In this document: positions 62,888-64,000 of the stretch, in pieces
How the letters are laid out: each line of letters opens with the position of its first letter
Position numbering within the stretch: the stretch's first letter is position 1
Source: Amphiscolops sp. MND2022
Lineage: Eukaryota
Assembly (NCBI GenBank): GCA_964187785.1
Contig: OZ076409.1
Coordinates: 88,228,001 to 88,292,000 of the forward strand
Direction of reading: 5' to 3'
DNA length: 64,000 nucleotides
Program-made: the position numbers and the translations under genes
The notes under the pieces: generated by a model
Told to the model about the DNA's origin: nothing
The model's input: the letters and a program-made list of their open reading frames with translations, nothing else
The model's database searches: none

Positions 62888-64000
62888 ACTACTATAGTTT
62901 GCGTTTTTCTACGAAAAGCACCGCCTAAAAACCGCAGTTAACGACCAAATACAGAAGTCACGAATTTAATCAAAATAGCTGTGTCACAAAATTGATGAGC
63001 ATGGGAGAAAGAGTATGCATCACGCAGTGAATCACTCTCTAGATGAGAGGGGATGCTTTACAAGGAAAACAAGTCGGGTAGGTCTCAAGTCGGCGCTATA
63101 CCTAGGGCTCAAAAACGCAAAATTTTAGAAAAACGCTCAGGCTTTTTTGAAATGAAAAACTCCAATGAAAGTGTCTTAACACCCAAAGGGTGTCTTTCGG
63201 GCTCAGAAAACGCTTCAGGAGTTCGGACATAGTGTCCTCTCTCTTAGTAAAACGCAATTTCTTTCAGATATAACGTCGTAGTCCGAATTTAGCGCAGTAT
63301 TTTTGAACCTCCGCTTCCTTCGCGTTAAAACGCAATTTGCTACTGATATAACATCAAAAGTTGGTATAGTTTGGGGAAAAATATATATGCGGATCTATTC
63401 TGAAAAAAAATCTAATTTCAGACGGAAAATAATGATTTTGAAACAGTCTCATAGTTCCGAAGAACGCAAAAGGTGGTACCCTTTTGACCTTTTTAAAATA
63501 CAGTTGGGTGCAGATAATCCAAATAACCAAAGAGGGGAGGGACCTTTTGGTGACATCAAGAAATTTTAGAAAACAGTCGCGCAATGGCGAAAAAACGGCA
63601 AAACCAAACCTTCTGAAATTGCTTAGTAACGAAAAAATCTTTAACAACTATGGTACCCAAAGGTACCCTCCGGAAGCACCCGAGATTGTTTTCTAGTAAG
63701 GTAAGTAAGGTAGGAAGGCCGAGAGAATTCTGTAAAAAAAGTGGACCTTCCAGTGTGAGGTCTGTGGTCTGGACAAAAAAGGGTCACTGTAAGAGTCTGG
63801 CATTTTTTGTTTCACGAAAAGCGCCGACAAAAAGGTACATAGATACCAACTGAATTCTCCGTAAGACTGGGAGTTGGTCGGTTTTCTGATTGATAATATT
63901 AGCAGCGTAGATTACAGTTGTCCCGTTTGTGATCTTTCTTGGAAATCTCTCAATGTCGCTTTTTGTGCTGAATTTTCTCTAGTTATCTTAACTCGAATCA

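Larger units (their letters stand above)
58759..64000 (+). repeat. Diverged duplicate of ~41712-45696 (satellite, HINEs and intron sequence) with an extra 1.44-kb insertion
   Basis: Collinear matches: 58780~42206, 60840~43996, 60945~44101 and 62888-64000~44586-45696. Confidence 0.92.

Overview
AT-rich, repeat-dense animal (metazoan) genomic DNA with a 200-nt assembly gap at 58559-58758. The dominant feature is a full-length ~14.8-kb Polinton/Maverick (adintovirus-like endogenous dsDNA virus) at 7350-22193. It has 106-bp perfect TIRs and a target-site duplication, and it sits inside a decayed BEL/Pao retrotransposon. It encodes pPolB, major and minor capsid proteins, a retroviral-type integrase, an adenain-like protease, TWO tandem packaging-type ATPases and several structural or membrane proteins; many of these ORFs carry stops or frameshifts. 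Nine of its 13 inferred start codons sit in an exact TAAATG, the poxvirus late-promoter core. Host genes are an intronless, probably non-catalytic alpha-carbonic-anhydrase-like protein with a long acidic repeat tail (27109-28695) and a multi-exon divergent TRPM-like channel (about 45733-58209, possibly with exons from about 39.5 kb). The rest comprises Helentron-type non-autonomous elements, a LINE RT relic, solo-LTR-like insertions carrying gag-like ORFs, a 38-bp palindromic satellite and a diverged duplicate of the 41.7-45.7 kb block that starts right after the gap. All calls come from reading the sequence and motifs by eye; no database searches were run.
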